DNA of 64,000 bases from Spirochaetia bacterium (GTDB taxonomy: Bacteria > Spirochaetota > Spirochaetia > DSM-2461). The translations under genes were made by a program, and so were the position numbers. Of this stretch, positions 19,217 through 29,140 are shown piece after piece. The stretch lies in the NCBI GenBank assembly GCA_963666985.2, contig CAXXIA010000002.1, forward strand, positions 768,001 through 832,000, written 5' to 3'. Numbering within the stretch: position 1 is the first letter of the stretch; each line of letters starts with the position of its first letter. Under the pieces are notes generated by a model. The model was given only the letters and a program-made list of their open reading frames with translations. It was not told where the DNA came from and did no database searches.

Positions 19217-20190
19217 ATTATGTAGTTCCCTCCATAAGTCAGTCCGCCGCCGAAACCGACGGTGAGAATATTCATGCCCTTCTTCAGCAGCCCCTTGCCG
19301 TCCATTTCGGCCAGCGCCAAAGGAATGGACGCCGATGAGGTATTCGCGTATTCCTCGATATTGATGTAGTACTTTTCCAGAGGAATCTTCGCACGTTTGG
19401 CGGCGGCCGCGATGATGCGGTAATTGGCTTGATGCGGTATGATGTAATCCACGTCATCAACGCTTAGACCGTTCCGCTCCATGAGTTCGGTAACGATTTC
19501 CACGTTCACCCGAACGGCGAATTGGTACACCCGCTGCCCGTCCATCCGTATATACAGTTCTTCTTCCGTGGTTTTTCCCAAAACAAACGGAGTGGCCGAT
19601 CCTCCCGACGGCAAATACAGAGCCGTCGCGCCCGAACCTTCCGTTCGGAGAATGCTGTCGCGGATGCCCGCCTCTTTTTCGGTAGCCCGAATAATGGCCG
19701 CGCCGGCGCCGTCGCCGAAGAGAACGGCGGTTCCCCTGTCGTTCCAATTGGTAATGGAAGTCAGTTTTTCGGCACCGATCACCGCAACGGTTTTCGCGAT
19801 TCCGGTAAGAATCAAACCCCGGCCCATTTCAAGACCGTAGGCAAATCCCGTACAGGCCGCTTTAAGATCCACCGAACCGATGTTCCCAACCCCCAGAGCG
19901 TCCTGAACCAGATTGGCCGTTGCGGGGAATCCCCGGTAATCGGGTGTAACGGTCGAGACGATAATGAAATCCAAGTCTTTCGCCGACAGGCCCCCGCGCT
20001 TCAAAGCCGTTTTGACGGCCTCCGTAGACATAAAAGAACACGTTTCTTCATCCGAAGCGATATGACGATTCCCGATTCCCGTATGTGACCTGATCCATTC
20101 ATCGGACGTGTCGATACTTTGAGCAAGCTCATCGTTGCTGACTCGGCGAGAGGGAATGTAAGATCCGACGGAAACGATTTCTGCAGTCAT
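19210..20190 (-). CDS. fabH: Beta-ketoacyl-ACP synthase III
   Basis: AACTGF, LFGDGAGA, PHQAN, NTSSASIP, GFGGGLT. Confidence 0.96.
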   Translation of the reverse strand: MTAEIVSVGSYIPSRRVSNDELAQSIDTSDEWIRSHTGIGNRHIASDEETCSFMSTEAVKTALKRGGLSAKDLDFIIVSTVTPDYRGFPATANLVQDALGVGNIGSVDLKAACTGFAYGLEMGRGLILTGIAKTVAVIGAEKLTSITNWNDRGTAVLFGDGAGAAIIRATEKEAGIRDSILRTEGSGATALYLPSGGSATPFVLGKTTEEELYIRMDGQRVYQFAVRVNVEIVTELMERNGLSVDDVDYIIPHQANYRIIAAAAKRAKIPLEKYYINIEEYANTSSASIPLALAEMDGKGLLKKGMNILTVGFGGGLTYGGNYIIW

Positions 20191-20218
20191 CAATCCTCCT
20201 GAACTCTTAACAACACGG

Positions 20219-20249
20219 ATTATTTACACTTTAGATAAAAGTGTCAATA
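20219..20249 (-). promoter_or_regulatory. sigma70 promoter of the fab operon overlapped by an inverted-repeat operator
   Basis: Minus strand TTGACA-N17-AATAAT; inverted repeat TATTTACACTTT-N5-AAAGTGTCAATA (11/12 match). Confidence 0.7.
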
Positions 20250-20372
20250 TTAACGGTGCGGTCATCCTTGCTGAGATCCTGCCGAAGCGGACCGCGCACG
20301 GCCGGGTGTCCGATACCCCGTCCGTTCTTTACAGATCTGCGGCAGAAGACTCTCTGTGCTAAAATAGAAGCG

Positions 20373-20939
20373 ATGATGCGGAGACGATTCGGAATAACGG
20401 CCGCCCTTGCCGGGGCTTTGATTCTCAGCTTTCTCGGAGGATGCGCGGACTCGGGAACCTATATCGTCGGCGATGTGAGCTTCCTGAATAATCCCGGAAG
20501 AGAGTTCCCGCCCGCGAACCATCCGAATTACGGAAGCGCCGATCTCAGCGACGAAGTCTGCTACGTCCGGCTCGTGGATGATGACGGAGCCGGAAGCGTT
20601 ATCTGGGAATCCGAAGCGTATCCGGTTACGTTTCTCGACGATTACATCTACGATCCGGACGATATCAATAATCAAACTCCGACGCCCGACGAAGGCGTTT
20701 TTATCGAATCCTTTGTTATCTCCCTAACCGATGCGCAGCTTTCCGGAGCGATCCAGCCGCTCCGATTGGAAGCCTATCTGTACGATGACGAGGTAACATC
20801 CCCCATCGATCCGGCGACGGATACCCAGCAGTATTCCTACACAGCCGAGAATCCGGATACATTCTGGTATCGAACCTTTACCGTTACCGAAAGCTCAACC
20901 GTTCGCGCATCGCTCTATATAACCGTACCGTTTTCTTAA
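20373..20939 (+). CDS. Acidic lipoprotein, unknown function
   Basis: Basic N-terminus, hydrophobic stretch, lipobox LGG-C; very Asp/Glu-rich. Confidence 0.7.
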   Translation: MMRRRFGITAALAGALILSFLGGCADSGTYIVGDVSFLNNPGREFPPANHPNYGSADLSDEVCYVRLVDDDGAGSVIWESEAYPVTFLDDYIYDPDDINNQTPTPDEGVFIESFVISLTDAQLSGAIQPLRLEAYLYDDEVTSPIDPATDTQQYSYTAENPDTFWYRTFTVTESSTVRASLYITVPFS

Positions 20940-21172
20940 TTTCAGGCGGCGGAGTGCTCCGGAAGGAAACGCAAAATGTGTCATTATTCCCCGGAACGTA
21001 TCAATATGACACACCTATATTGAATCGCCGACGATTTGCCCAAAAACGACACAGAAAAGCTGTTTCAGAGACCGCTTCGGGGATCACCTGAGATGAGAAA
21101 AACAGGCCGGCTCCTTCGTGTTAAATATTTATCTTATTGCATAATAAATAATTAGCCTAAAGGAAAAGATGA

Positions 21173-21189
21173 TTGGCACGCCTTATGCT
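21173..21189 (+). promoter_or_regulatory. sigma54 (-24/-12) promoter of hsp20
   Basis: TTGGCACGCCTTATGCT with exact GG-N10-GC spacing, about 60 bp upstream of the start. Confidence 0.75.
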
Positions 21190-21247
21190 TATATAGTTTG
21201 CGTCGACACGATCGACAAAATTGAAAATCAGCCTAAGGAGGCATGAG

Positions 21248-21682
21248 ATGAAATACTTAACCCAAACCTACCGACCGGTGAGCCTGGCAAACGATATGGA
21301 CCGGCTCTTCAGCCAATTTTTCGAGACCGCCGGAGTCCCTTCCTCCAGAAGTTTTCTTGTGGACATCTCCGAAGAAGCCGAGGGTTATCGGATCGATGCC
21401 GAACTTCCCGGATATGCCGCCCAGGATGTGGACATCCGCGTGGAAGACAATCTTTTGGTTATCGAGGCCAAGGCCTTGGAAAGCACCGAAGAGAAGAAGG
21501 ATGCCGAGCCGACTTGGCGTGTGAGGGAACGCCGTCAGGGCGACTTAAAAAGATCGTTCGTTCTTCCGGATGATGTTGAGAAACAAGCCGTGGAAGCGGA
21601 AATGAAGAACGGTGTTCTGTCGGTTTCTCTGAAAAAGAAGCCGGAGGCCAAGCCTTTCTCGGTGAAGATTCGGGAAAACTAG
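21248..21682 (+). CDS. Small heat-shock protein (Hsp20/alpha-crystallin)
   Basis: VDISE, AELPG, RERRQG..KRSFVLP, MKNGVLSV; AAGGAGG RBS. Confidence 0.93.
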   Translation: MKYLTQTYRPVSLANDMDRLFSQFFETAGVPSSRSFLVDISEEAEGYRIDAELPGYAAQDVDIRVEDNLLVIEAKALESTEEKKDAEPTWRVRERRQGDLKRSFVLPDDVEKQAVEAEMKNGVLSVSLKKKPEAKPFSVKIREN

Positions 21683-21750
21683 GGTTTAAACCGGAAATAC
21701 GGAACCGCCGGCCGGAATACCGGCCGGAAATCTTATTCCGGATTTAAAAC

Positions 21751-21782
21751 GGACCGCCCTCCAAAAGGGGGCGGTTCCTTTG
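21751..21782 (+). terminator. Probable terminator after hsp20
   Basis: GGACCGCCCTC-loop-GGGGGCGGTTCC hairpin followed by T-rich tail. Confidence 0.6.
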
Positions 21783-21813
21783 TCTTTGCCCCTTTTGTGA
21801 TATAATTTGAATC

Positions 21814-22704
21814 ATGAAAAAGCGAATATCTCTTCTTAGTTTCGTAATATTGCTCGGTTTCTTTATTACACTCCCCGTACTCGCCATCGACATCAGCGTT
21901 GAATTCCTCGAAGGACATTTGGAATATACCGAAGGGCGGGATGCCTGGCTGTCCGCGGAAATCGGTGACACGCTTCCGGAAAATTGTCAGATAAGACTCT
22001 CCGGACGCGGTTACGCGGAAATCTCTTCGGGAGCGCAAAAGGTCACCTTAACCAAAGACGGATTATACCAGACGGCGAATCTTTTCGCCGATGAGCCGGA
22101 GAAAGCCAATTTCCGGCAGATAGTCGGTTCCAAATTCACTTCCCTGCTCCGGCACAATGAAAGTAATTCGGGAATGACCGTAGCCGCCGTGCGCGGCGCG
22201 GAAGCGGAAGGCGACGACTTTATTTCCTGGGAAGATGAATCCACTGATTACCTGAACGACGGCAAGGCTCTTTTCGAAGAGGGGGACATCGCGGGAGCGA
22301 TGGAACTCTTCGACGAAGGCTCCCTATGGGAAACCGGAGCCGTTCAAAGAGAATGCGGATTCAGGCTGGGAGTTTGCCAGCAGATTATCGGCGATCCTCG
22401 AGCCGCAAGAAAAACCCTGACATCCCTGTCGCCGGAAAAGAACGATCCTTTTCTGGGGGAATACGCGGTAACGGTGGGCACGCTATACATCGAGAGCAGA
22501 GAATACGGGAACGCCGATAACGTTCTTTCGTTCTATTTAAGCGCGAATCCCAACGGCGACGCGGCGCAGGCCGCCTGGCTTCTCTCGGCTTTCAGCCGTG
22601 AAGGCCAGAACGACGATGCCGGACGCCGGGAGAGTCTGCGTAAAGCCGTGAATCTGGGTCCGAACACGGAAATCGGCCGGGCGGCTTCTTCAATGCTCCA
22701 GTAG
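21814..22704 (+). CDS. Secreted protein with N-terminal FecR-like beta region and C-terminal TPR-like helices
   Basis: Signal peptide, VAAVRG motif, helical repeats in the C-terminal half. Confidence 0.65.
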   Translation: MKKRISLLSFVILLGFFITLPVLAIDISVEFLEGHLEYTEGRDAWLSAEIGDTLPENCQIRLSGRGYAEISSGAQKVTLTKDGLYQTANLFADEPEKANFRQIVGSKFTSLLRHNESNSGMTVAAVRGAEAEGDDFISWEDESTDYLNDGKALFEEGDIAGAMELFDEGSLWETGAVQRECGFRLGVCQQIIGDPRAARKTLTSLSPEKNDPFLGEYAVTVGTLYIESREYGNADNVLSFYLSANPNGDAAQAAWLLSAFSREGQNDDAGRRESLRKAVNLGPNTEIGRAASSMLQ

Positions 22705-22736
22705 ATTCTCGGCGAACATCACAATAAGGTGTTGAT

Positions 22737-22782
22737 AAACACCCCGAGCCGGTCATCCGTCCTGCTCGGGGTGTTTTTTTTT
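22737..22782 (+). terminator. Rho-independent terminator
   Basis: AAACACCCCGAGC...GCTCGGGGTGTTT hairpin followed by a long T-run. Confidence 0.85.
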
Positions 22783-22853
22783 AGACTCTTCCGTAAACCT
22801 CTCGGCTCTTGACCCTCTTCTCCGTCTCACCGACGATATCGGCGGAGGTCTTT

Positions 22854-23564
22854 ATGGATTCCAAACCTGTGGCTCTTATAACGGGAGCCAGCCGGGGAAT
22901 CGGCCGGGCTCTCGCCGTTACTTTTTCCAAGGCCGGTTTTGAATGCGCTCTTGCGGCCAGAAACGCCGAGAGACTCGCTGAAACAGCCGATTTCTGCGCG
23001 GGGCGCACGGAGATGTTCCCGACGGATCTGAGTGAAGCGGGTGCTCCCGAAAAACTGGCGGACGGCGTTCTTAAAGCCATGGGCCGAGTTGATGTTCTCA
23101 TCAACAATGCCGGTTCCGCCCTTTCCCGTCCTTTTACTGATACCGAAATTGCCGATTGGGACGCGCTGATGGCCTTGAACGCCAAGGCGCCTTTCTTTCT
23201 GACGCGCGCGCTTCTTCCCGCGCTGAAGCGCTCGAACGCAGCGGTTATCATCAACATAGGTTCGGTGGTTTCGTTTAAAGGATACGAACTTCAATCGGCA
23301 TACTCCGCGTCAAAGCACGCTCTGGCAGGCTGGACGAAGTCTCTGGCCCGGGAAGTCGCCTCCGACAACATCCGTGTTCATCTGATTGCGCCGGGCGGCG
23401 TAGCTACGGATCTGGTTCTCGGCGTAAGACCCGACATCAATCCGGCGGACCTGATTCGTCCCGAAGAGGTTGCCGAAACGGCGCTTTTTCTGGTTCAAAG
23501 CAGGGGAAACGCGGTTATCGACGTCGTGGAACTGCGCAGAAACGGCAAAACGCCGTTTGCCTGA
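22854..23564 (+). CDS. Short-chain dehydrogenase/reductase
   Basis: TGASRGIG, NNAG, YSASK; GGAGG RBS. Confidence 0.9.
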   Translation: MDSKPVALITGASRGIGRALAVTFSKAGFECALAARNAERLAETADFCAGRTEMFPTDLSEAGAPEKLADGVLKAMGRVDVLINNAGSALSRPFTDTEIADWDALMALNAKAPFFLTRALLPALKRSNAAVIINIGSVVSFKGYELQSAYSASKHALAGWTKSLAREVASDNIRVHLIAPGGVATDLVLGVRPDINPADLIRPEEVAETALFLVQSRGNAVIDVVELRRNGKTPFA

Positions 23565-23576
23565 TTCGATGCCGGC

Positions 23577-23604
23577 CGGTTCGGTTCGGTTCGGTTCGGT
23601 TCGG
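23577..23604. repeat. (CGGTT)5 pentanucleotide microsatellite
   Basis: Directly visible between convergent genes. Confidence 0.9.
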
Positions 23605-23642
23605 AGGCAGAATCAGCTTAAAAAGACTGCGGCGGGATATGT

Positions 23643-25724
23643 TTATCGGTCCGCCGTTTTCTCCCGTGCCGGCGGGTGGACAATACCGGTTATCAGCCTT
23701 TCTCCGAGTGAGGTTTCAACCGTCTCGGCTTCTTCTCCGTTGATTAAGGCGGGCCGTTTCCCGTCATGGCGAATCCATATGCGAAAAGAACTGAAGACTT
23801 CGGGCCGAACGTTTACGTTCCAGCCCGATTCTTCCGCCGTTAAACCGGCGATTCCGGCCCCGGGGAAAATGTGACCGTCACAGCCGGCAAAAACGTCGTT
23901 GTTATCCAGCAGCATGTAATTTCCGGATTCACCGGGTTTGAGTGAATGTTTGCTCCCTCCGAAAAGATGAGAAGCCCGGCGTTCCAGACCGGGAGCGCCG
24001 AACCAAGTGCCCTCCGGAAGAGAGAAAGAACGAACCCGCTCCGAAAGATTGGAAACGGAGAGGTAGGATCTTCCTTGAGCGCGATAGCGTACGGTTACGG
24101 TTCTCCGGGATTCAACAACCTCTTCAATACGCGGCGCGATCTTCGGGAACAGCGACGCGAAAAGACGGAATTCATTTTCTTTATACGCTGAGATATCGTC
24201 GGAAGTGCAGAAGAATGTTCCGAAAAGAGCCTGCAGAAGAAACAGCGTATAACGCCTTTTCGGTTCCATGATTTTGCGTCTGCGGCTCAGGAAAAAAGCG
24301 CCGGGATCGACCGAGAAGAATCGTCCGTCGAGCTGGCGCCGCCCCACGGTCGACCGAAGGGCGTTAATGGTGGAAGCACGTTCCCGGCAGTGTATGTTCC
24401 GATGAAAAAAGTGTTCCCAGTACGGTGTGGTTTGGGCGGCAATGCGGCAGTATTCGGCCCGGCCGAAAGCTCCCGACAGCGGAACGCCGTTCAGCTGGTA
24501 AACGGCGCCGCCTTTGGCGGATGAAAGAATATCCATCGCAGCCACAAGTGCTTCGCCCCGGCTCATTCCATCGGGCGGGAATAAAACCGCGGCATAGAGA
24601 AGATCCATCTCGATAAGATCAAACCTCCACTCATCGCGGATTCTTTCTATCGCATGAACAACGTATTCCCTGACGGCGGGCAAAGATATATTCAGGGCGT
24701 AAAAAGACTCACCGAGACGCAGATGCCGACCCGCGGGCCGAATCCGGCCCCGCGAATCACGGGCAAGCCAGTCGTTATGGTTTTGGAATACGACGGAATC
24801 CATGCCGACAACGAACGGCGCCATCCAGATTCCCGGAGAATATCCGCTTCCTCTAATCTCGTCCGCCAGGCTTGCCATACCCGAAGAAAATCCGGCCGCC
24901 GGTTCACCCCAGTCTCCGAGATTCCGCTGCCATCCGCGGTCTATTTTGAAATAATCCAGCGGGATTTTCTTCTCCCGGCATTCATTCAGGACACGGCGAA
25001 TCGACTTTTCATCGGTGAATTTTCCAAAATCACCGCCGCTCCAGGCCACGGCCCTGGAACCGAAAGCCGCGCGGGGTTCCTCGGAGTGCCGGTCGAACCA
25101 CAGCCGGGAGTATCGGTCGAAAACCTCATCTTCGTCGCCCTCCAGAAGAACAAAATCAAACAGGATCCGTTTCCCGTCCAGACGCATTCCCGCGACATCC
25201 TTGGCGATGGTGAAAAGATCATGATGAATATCGGTTCCGATTACGGTGAACCCGGCACTCTCATCGAGGCTTCCGAGAAACACAAGACGATTCGGTTTCC
25301 GGATATACGCATACGTGTACCCGTGAAATCTTCCCTTTTTTTCCGAATACGGATAAAAACGCGCATCGCCCAGATTCTGGAAGGACAACAGCCGGCCCGG
25401 CCAGTCCAGAGAGGAGATTTTTTCCCCCGGATATCGTTCACGGCTTACCGTCCACGATTGGTAGCCGTTGACGAACACACTTCGAAGATCACCGAAGACC
25501 AAACTGCCGGTCAGTTCGAAACTCGCCGGCTCGACAAACCCAAGAGATTCCAGAGTCAGGACGTACCGATATCCTCCGGAAATCTCGATTTCATCAAAAT
25601 CAACCCGCAGACCTTCCAGGAATTTGGCTCCCCGGGGCAGCGGAAGGTTAAAGCGATAATCCTCGCCTTTATGGCGGTAATGGAGAGAAACCCAAATTTC
25701 AGATGTTTCTAATAGTGATGTCAT
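23643..25724 (-). CDS. GH36 alpha-galactosidase-like protein with substituted catalytic residues
   Basis: NGYQSW, IDRGWQ..GDW, PGIWMAPF, NISLPAVREY, GVPL, CRIA motifs of TmGalA-type GH36; ATGA overlap with the upstream ORF fixes the start. Confidence 0.75.
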   Translation of the reverse strand: MTSLLETSEIWVSLHYRHKGEDYRFNLPLPRGAKFLEGLRVDFDEIEISGGYRYVLTLESLGFVEPASFELTGSLVFGDLRSVFVNGYQSWTVSRERYPGEKISSLDWPGRLLSFQNLGDARFYPYSEKKGRFHGYTYAYIRKPNRLVFLGSLDESAGFTVIGTDIHHDLFTIAKDVAGMRLDGKRILFDFVLLEGDEDEVFDRYSRLWFDRHSEEPRAAFGSRAVAWSGGDFGKFTDEKSIRRVLNECREKKIPLDYFKIDRGWQRNLGDWGEPAAGFSSGMASLADEIRGSGYSPGIWMAPFVVGMDSVVFQNHNDWLARDSRGRIRPAGRHLRLGESFYALNISLPAVREYVVHAIERIRDEWRFDLIEMDLLYAAVLFPPDGMSRGEALVAAMDILSSAKGGAVYQLNGVPLSGAFGRAEYCRIAAQTTPYWEHFFHRNIHCRERASTINALRSTVGRRQLDGRFFSVDPGAFFLSRRRKIMEPKRRYTLFLLQALFGTFFCTSDDISAYKENEFRLFASLFPKIAPRIEEVVESRRTVTVRYRAQGRSYLSVSNLSERVRSFSLPEGTWFGAPGLERRASHLFGGSKHSLKPGESGNYMLLDNNDVFAGCDGHIFPGAGIAGLTAEESGWNVNVRPEVFSSFRIWIRHDGKRPALINGEEAETVETSLGERLITGIVHPPAREKTADR

Positions 25725-26071
25725 CCCATGCAGCGGCCGATGACATCGGCGCAAATCCAACCCGCGAGATAACTTTTTGCGGCCGCCGAACCGTCATTAT
25801 CATCAACACATTCAATCAGATCCCTCACGGCGTCCATAACCGTGTCGGCATCCGATAAAACGCCGGAAACGAGCCCCTGTTCAATCATGCCGAGACGCCG
25901 AGCATCACCATAGGGATCTTTCAGGGCCACGGCGGCTTCGACGATGCGTCCGTCTTTTTCGAGAATTCGGGCCGCCGCATGCCAGTATGGTTGTTTCCCC
26001 GATGCCAGCGGCGCCGATCGTTCGGCCGAACGGCCGTTATTCCCGCCGAGTACGTCGGTCCAATCACTCAT
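25721..26071 (-). CDS. Hypothetical protein
   Basis: 116-aa ORF in operon context, coupled to the GH36 gene. Confidence 0.6.
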   Translation of the reverse strand: MSDWTDVLGGNNGRSAERSAPLASGKQPYWHAAARILEKDGRIVEAAVALKDPYGDARRLGMIEQGLVSGVLSDADTVMDAVRDLIECVDDNDGSAAAKSYLAGWICADVIGRCMG

Positions 26072-26126
26072 GCTGAACTCCGCTCAGTATTATCGCGCCG
26101 GTTAATGCCGCTGTCCATAAAGGAAC

Positions 26127-27047
26127 TCATGAGAAAAGTTCTCGGATTTCCGCTTCTTCAAAGAGATAAACCGAAGAACAATTCTGACAGGTTATCTTCA
26201 AAGGAAACGGTCCCTCTTCGCGAATCTGCTTTCTGTCTTCGGCGGACAGTCCTTTCAGATAACGTCTGAACAGATCGGCATCGCAGGGACAGAAGAACTC
26301 CACCCGTTTGGAATCCAAAAACCGCGGGGCCTGGGCGGCGAAAAGCTCCAGGATGAGCGATTCCGCGTCACGTCCCCGGCCGAAGGCGTCGCCGAGAGAA
26401 GGAAAGGATTCCAATGTGCTTTCAAGGCCGGCGATCACTTCCTCCGGCGCATCCGGAAGGGCCTGCAGAAAAAGTCCTCCGGCCCCCGTCGGCTCGCCGT
26501 TTTCATCAAAGGAGACACTCAAGGCCATGGCGGACGGAATCTGCTCGCTTTCAAGATGATAAGCCGTCAGATCCTGGGCGATACGTCCGTGACGCAGAGC
26601 CACCGTACTGCTTCGGGGTTCGGCCATCCCCTCGAAAAGACGGGTAACGGTAATAAATCCCGGACCGAATAAGTCGGGAAGCGATCCGTCGGGCTTTTCT
26701 TCCAGGATGATGGGAACGTTCTGCATATATCCCCGCACCGTTCCGTGGGAATCGGCTTCCACGCTGATGCCCCCGACAGGTCCCCCGCATTCCCATTGAA
26801 GCCGCAGCCGGCCGATATCCTTAAGATTCGCGGCCATCAGAAGAGCGCCAATCGATGCCTGGCCCAAAAGAAGCGTTTCCAGAGGACCCAGCTCATGATT
26901 GGCCTTCATCTCCCGAACCACCCGATCCGCCCGTACGAGGAATCCCCTGACGGTATCGCCCGCCATGAAAAATCGGTGGATGCGATCGATACCGTACTGA
27001 CGATGCGCGGTTTTCGGATCGTCACCGGCAAGTGGTTTTTTCTTCAT
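26127..27047 (-). CDS. hslO: Hsp33 redox-regulated chaperone
   Basis: SEQIPS, AGGLFLQALP, CPC...CQNC zinc motif. Confidence 0.9.
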   Translation of the reverse strand: MKKKPLAGDDPKTAHRQYGIDRIHRFFMAGDTVRGFLVRADRVVREMKANHELGPLETLLLGQASIGALLMAANLKDIGRLRLQWECGGPVGGISVEADSHGTVRGYMQNVPIILEEKPDGSLPDLFGPGFITVTRLFEGMAEPRSSTVALRHGRIAQDLTAYHLESEQIPSAMALSVSFDENGEPTGAGGLFLQALPDAPEEVIAGLESTLESFPSLGDAFGRGRDAESLILELFAAQAPRFLDSKRVEFFCPCDADLFRRYLKGLSAEDRKQIREEGPFPLKITCQNCSSVYLFEEAEIRELFS

Positions 27048-27190
27048 TCAGGCGGCTCCTCGCATCAATTCGATTCGCGTGTCAATTCGGCGTAGAACGG
27101 CTGCGGCATGCGCAGGCCGTTATTCGGCATGCACGGCATTCGGAAAACCGGGCTGCGTCACCCGGTCCCGGATTCCAACCATAGCCCGAA

Positions 27191-28345
27191 TCACTTGCGA
27201 TCGTCGAGACGAAGAGCCGATCCGAACACCGCCAGCAGAATCAAAGCGATCAGGGGAAAGAAGGCGGCGGCGGTAAACAAAACGGCGAACCCGGCATACT
27301 CCAGAATGAATCCGCCGAAAAAACTCACCACGAGCTGTGTCGCGTTGAACGTAAACGCCGTGAACATTCCCATTCCCAAGGCCCTCCGTCCTTCCGGAAT
27401 AACACGGTTTACCCAATCCACGCCGGCAATGAGGAAAAAACCATAGTTGAACGCATGTGTCAGCTGAGAAAGAACAACGGGAAGAGGCGAAGGGAAAACG
27501 GCCAGAACAATCATCCGCAAGAGTCCGGAAGCAAATGAAATCATCAGCATTCGGCGGTGGTTCAGCCCCCGCAAGATCCGGCCGCCGAAAATCATAACGG
27601 GAATCTCGCAGAAGGAAGCCAGGGCGAAAAGACCGCTGACGCGGGAAACACCGACAATCTCGGCGAAATAAAGAGATCCGAAAGCCTGGTAAACACCGAA
27701 ACTGATATGCCCTAAGAAACCGATGAGCAGAAAAAGAAAAAACTTCCGAGGCATTTTCGCATCAATCGAAGATGTTTCATCTCCGCCGGATTTTCTAACC
27801 TCGGGAAGAACGGGAACGGCCGCCAAAAGAACGGCAAACGCCAGAAAAAAGATGGAAAAGAGTCTCCTTGGTGAATCCGTATCCATCAGTGCCGTGAGCT
27901 GCAGAATAATGGAAACGACGATGAAACTCACCGTACCCCAGACTCGAACACGCCCATAGTTTCCCGAAGAATCTTTGAGGGATCTCCCGGTAAGGGCATC
28001 GGTCATGGGAACAATCGGCTTCATGGCCAGTCCATACAAAGCCGCCGCGGCCATAACGAGGGGAAAAACGGAAGATCGGTCCAGCAGAAAAAGGGCCGTC
28101 AGCGTCAACGCGACGAGAAGGGCTATCATTCCCCGATATCGCCCGAAACGGTCCGCGATATTCGAAACGAGAAACGGAGCGGCAACGCCGAATATTTCCA
28201 TGGCGCCCAAAATTAAACCGATTTTCGACGGAGTATACCCTCTGAGCTTCAGATAAATGGGCAAAAAGGGAATAATAACGGCGACCGTTGCGAAGATAAC
28301 GGCATAAAACACGCCGAATCGAATCAAACTCTTTTTATCGTCCAT
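27191..28345 (-). CDS. MFS transporter (MFS_1-like / LacY-HcaT type)
   Basis: About 12 TM segments, ADRFGR, YGRVRVWGT, EIPVM, QLTHAF. Confidence 0.88.
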   Translation of the reverse strand: MDDKKSLIRFGVFYAVIFATVAVIIPFLPIYLKLRGYTPSKIGLILGAMEIFGVAAPFLVSNIADRFGRYRGMIALLVALTLTALFLLDRSSVFPLVMAAAALYGLAMKPIVPMTDALTGRSLKDSSGNYGRVRVWGTVSFIVVSIILQLTALMDTDSPRRLFSIFFLAFAVLLAAVPVLPEVRKSGGDETSSIDAKMPRKFFLFLLIGFLGHISFGVYQAFGSLYFAEIVGVSRVSGLFALASFCEIPVMIFGGRILRGLNHRRMLMISFASGLLRMIVLAVFPSPLPVVLSQLTHAFNYGFFLIAGVDWVNRVIPEGRRALGMGMFTAFTFNATQLVVSFFGGFILEYAGFAVLFTAAAFFPLIALILLAVFGSALRLDDRK

Positions 28346-28354
28346 TTTCTTATC

Positions 28355-28972
28355 TCAATTCCAGGAGGCCAGATATTCGGCCAATTCAACCGTCCAGGAA
28401 GACGGATTCCGGTCTTTCGTATCAAACACATGCCCTCCCAAATCACCGAAGGCCGCAAGATTATATTCATTATCGTCGACAAGCAGGGTTTCCGAAGGCC
28501 GCAAATCAAGGTCGTTAAGGATTAATTGAAACGCCGAAAAAGAAGGCTTTCCTTCAAATCCCATACGGCGCAGATCCCAAATACGCGGAAACAAATCGGC
28601 AACACCCAAGGCGGAAAGAGTCCTTTGAGCATGCTCCAAAGGAGAATTGGTAAAAAGGACGTACTCGTTGGAAAGAGAGAGAAGAAACTTTCGAAGCTGA
28701 GGATCCGGAGAGACCATACGGTCCACGTCCTGCGGATGGACCGCCTTCAGATAGGATTCGGGATCTTGAAGCCCGTGAAAAGAGCGGAGCCATTCAAGCG
28801 TGGTGCCGAACTCACTTCCCCGTGCCTGTCTCATCGCATTCGCCGTCTCCAAATCCACGGAAAGAAGCTCGGAAACAAAAAGCGACATCCGCCGATTCAT
28901 CTCCTGCATCAGCCCGCTTTCCGCGGGATACAGGGTATTATCCAGATCAAAGAGAATAAACGGTAATGTCAT
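28355..28972 (-). CDS. HAD-family hydrolase, pyrimidine 5'-nucleotidase-like
   Basis: FDLDNTLY, FTNS, GKP, VDD..NL. Confidence 0.85.
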   Translation of the reverse strand: MTLPFILFDLDNTLYPAESGLMQEMNRRMSLFVSELLSVDLETANAMRQARGSEFGTTLEWLRSFHGLQDPESYLKAVHPQDVDRMVSPDPQLRKFLLSLSNEYVLFTNSPLEHAQRTLSALGVADLFPRIWDLRRMGFEGKPSFSAFQLILNDLDLRPSETLLVDDNEYNLAAFGDLGGHVFDTKDRNPSSWTVELAEYLASWN

Positions 28973-29140
28973 GATCCCGAACCTATCCCGAAGACGGGCC
29001 GGGAGTCCAGAGCCGCGTTTCCGGCTCCCCGGCGCCGGAACGTCTTAATCGCGGCAAATCGATCGTGAGGTCCGGAACCCAAGTATGTAATCACGACAAG
29101 TCGGACCGAATCACGGCGGATCGCGGAGAATCGGGCCGGC

